DNA of 64,000 nt from Candidatus Komeilibacteria bacterium (GTDB lineage Bacteria; Patescibacteriota; Patescibacteriia; UBA1558; 2-01-FULL-52-15): NCBI GenBank assembly GCA_043801745.1, contig JAZDLR010000010.1:10509-74508 (forward strand). The letters are read 5' to 3'. Shown piece after piece: positions 63,901 to 64,000 of the stretch (position 1 is its first letter; the number at the start of each line of letters is the position of its first letter). The notes under the pieces are model-generated. The model was not told the DNA's origin. It did no database searches and saw nothing but the letters and a program-made list of their open reading frames with translations. The translations under genes and the position numbers were made by a program.

Positions 63901-64000
63901 AAACTTGATTCTCTTCTGCTGACCCGAAGTACTGGACATAACACTCTGGGGAAAAGGACTGTCGGTTTCCGCGTAACCCCTGGCAGTTGGCTTAATGACA
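60937..64000 (-). CDS. Giant cysteine-rich secreted/surface protein, more than 1000 aa, 5'-partial (frame open to the window end)
   Basis: No in-frame stop between 63939 and 64000 on the minus strand. More than 70 Cys, many CxxxxC/CxC pairs. No recognisable enzymatic motif. Confidence 0.5.
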   Translation of the reverse strand, partial: VIKPTARGYAETDSPFPQSVMSSTSGQQKRIKFGFQQAGICDSSVASCEPGYYKLQYGSGQNLTRFFSINGTLGNNEVPSCICSGGNLDGKTCTVVEKVKDEDISLSDQCPGGSPAYLTRSDIFLNWGGYCLEPDYSTSINGSASEFACLSWLPVDNALGGIDYFNQNRDAGYNLKAPAYYCAESVIVEDRWHWVTAKMKLKDIGDYYAMYNKDGSTFREPMGGSIGHDRFIFLPFQDMGSDQAHDVYPVATINGKSVCLNNPDIIGYVDYPDYVEKGKKAHLGYADYCLGYYDGATDYLQCSNSNERCDGTRGTFFNAESWPRPLCTYLAAAVNERGDNAAKTNLFWSDYKQNGQPYAINFTPAIQGYTLERDDTPYGSVVPGSGFVPQQFSGLTVKNRGELPRAGSPYACNSDRSQCQSLADAKSNLYIKGWTDPGFGNKAGSPADTYDVGVNRLKQIYQKLFGIYRYAIGKSCAYLLCDGGPNGGNACSVLGSSAGCKLEGNSCQTVAAHCEKSATDGSACHTCPAGFELQPDHSCSSDPESEMKCAVDCTPYAPDFSCVDAAGGLKQCKSGPGYADSHVCQVDASAYSCDTSGDKFYSYLDLDLSGTSCCNGADCVAVGSCTRWYFLSGALAGDSCEVSILALNSSAVCQPEAKYCQGPDFTSRSVRCDIPGQLNNLGQEIPVGDATCNFPATCKYAGDIQVPVAAGSTDTRPFCIPDRDSYQPLCDPDTNPSCDPNSTDAIRQSALPLDGTMTKDFALVEAAKVLPTTSDNYKAIANASRPNSRYVEPAYGPIIAEPNCPATSLSCDLGTVGNFLVNDQKTGQIKSDENTMLATISFYALANKYRMPLRSIEVDWGDGTRQANVGYYKNNWPVCNPGTVVERIGRCSIAKARACAANADCPAGQTCSFTWGEDYSLEFAGTTQACDPTIRTYFHVYQYSAAFDGAASGLTGCPSGYACYRPKVRLQDNWGWCSNDAWGPIGQGCTNLAGTPAGYINYGVDGGATPSIIMIKKSQL

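Noticed and set aside
1-64000. CRISPR arrays, rRNA genes, IS elements or transposases, integrases
   Set aside because: No regularly spaced direct repeats of 24-48 bp with unique spacers. No stretches with rRNA-like conserved motifs. No DDE or tyrosine-recombinase-like ORFs were seen. The short repeats found are 5-7 bp heptamers or about 38-bp palindromes, not CRISPR-like.

Overview
The window reads as one contiguous bacterial chromosomal segment, about 45-50% GC, with no rRNA, tRNA or CRISPR array that I can recognise. The gene content points to a small-genome monoderm, possibly Candidate Phyla Radiation-like; that is inference from the following: a dense type IV pilus locus with many short pilins, many DsbA-type oxidoreductases, many large cysteine-rich secreted proteins, PrgI/VirB4/VirB6-type (Gram-positive-style) type IV secretion components, and ribosomal genes without visible Shine-Dalgarno sequences. 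It falls into four blocks.

- **Block 1 (1-6.3 kb):** a compositionally distinct cassette, with different arginine/serine codon choice from the rest. It encodes a 514-aa unknown protein (possibly 5' partial), an APH/choline-kinase-fold phosphotransferase, a HIT hydrolase, a radical-SAM enzyme (CNFSCPYC) translationally coupled to a histidine phosphatase, and a 432-aa unknown protein. It is bounded by a GC-rich structured element and a stand-alone GIY-YIG nuclease gene. I read it as a candidate nucleotide-modification or defence island.
- **Block 2 (6.9-13.8 kb):** housekeeping and envelope genes: a membrane protein, lgt, DsbA-DoxX-DsbA, gatCA and ligA.
- **Block 3 (13.8-38.5 kb):** a large minus-strand type IV pilus locus, pilM-N-O-x-pilB-receiver-pilT(like)-pilC-[four pilins]-pilD-[three pseudopilins]-pilX(like). 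The PilT-like ATPase has every catalytic motif substituted. The major pilin array is flanked by pairs of inverted palindromic repeats. Immediately upstream sit four large secreted beta-propeller (LVIVD-repeat) or cysteine-rich paralogs.
- **Block 4 (38.5-64 kb):** LemA, HtpX, ClpC-like chaperone and ComF, then a Gram-positive-type type IV secretion-like cluster (TrbC-like, DsbA, beta-propeller, VirB8-like?, VirB4-like ATPase, PrgI-like, VirB6-like, and a >1000-aa cysteine-rich protein running off the window). The rpsF-ssb-rpsR-efp operon interrupts this cluster.

Two families of short intergenic repeats recur across the window: a (CCTAAnn)x4-5 heptamer tandem and GC-rich palindromes. Coordinates for all features are approximate to within a few nucleotides where start codons are ambiguous.
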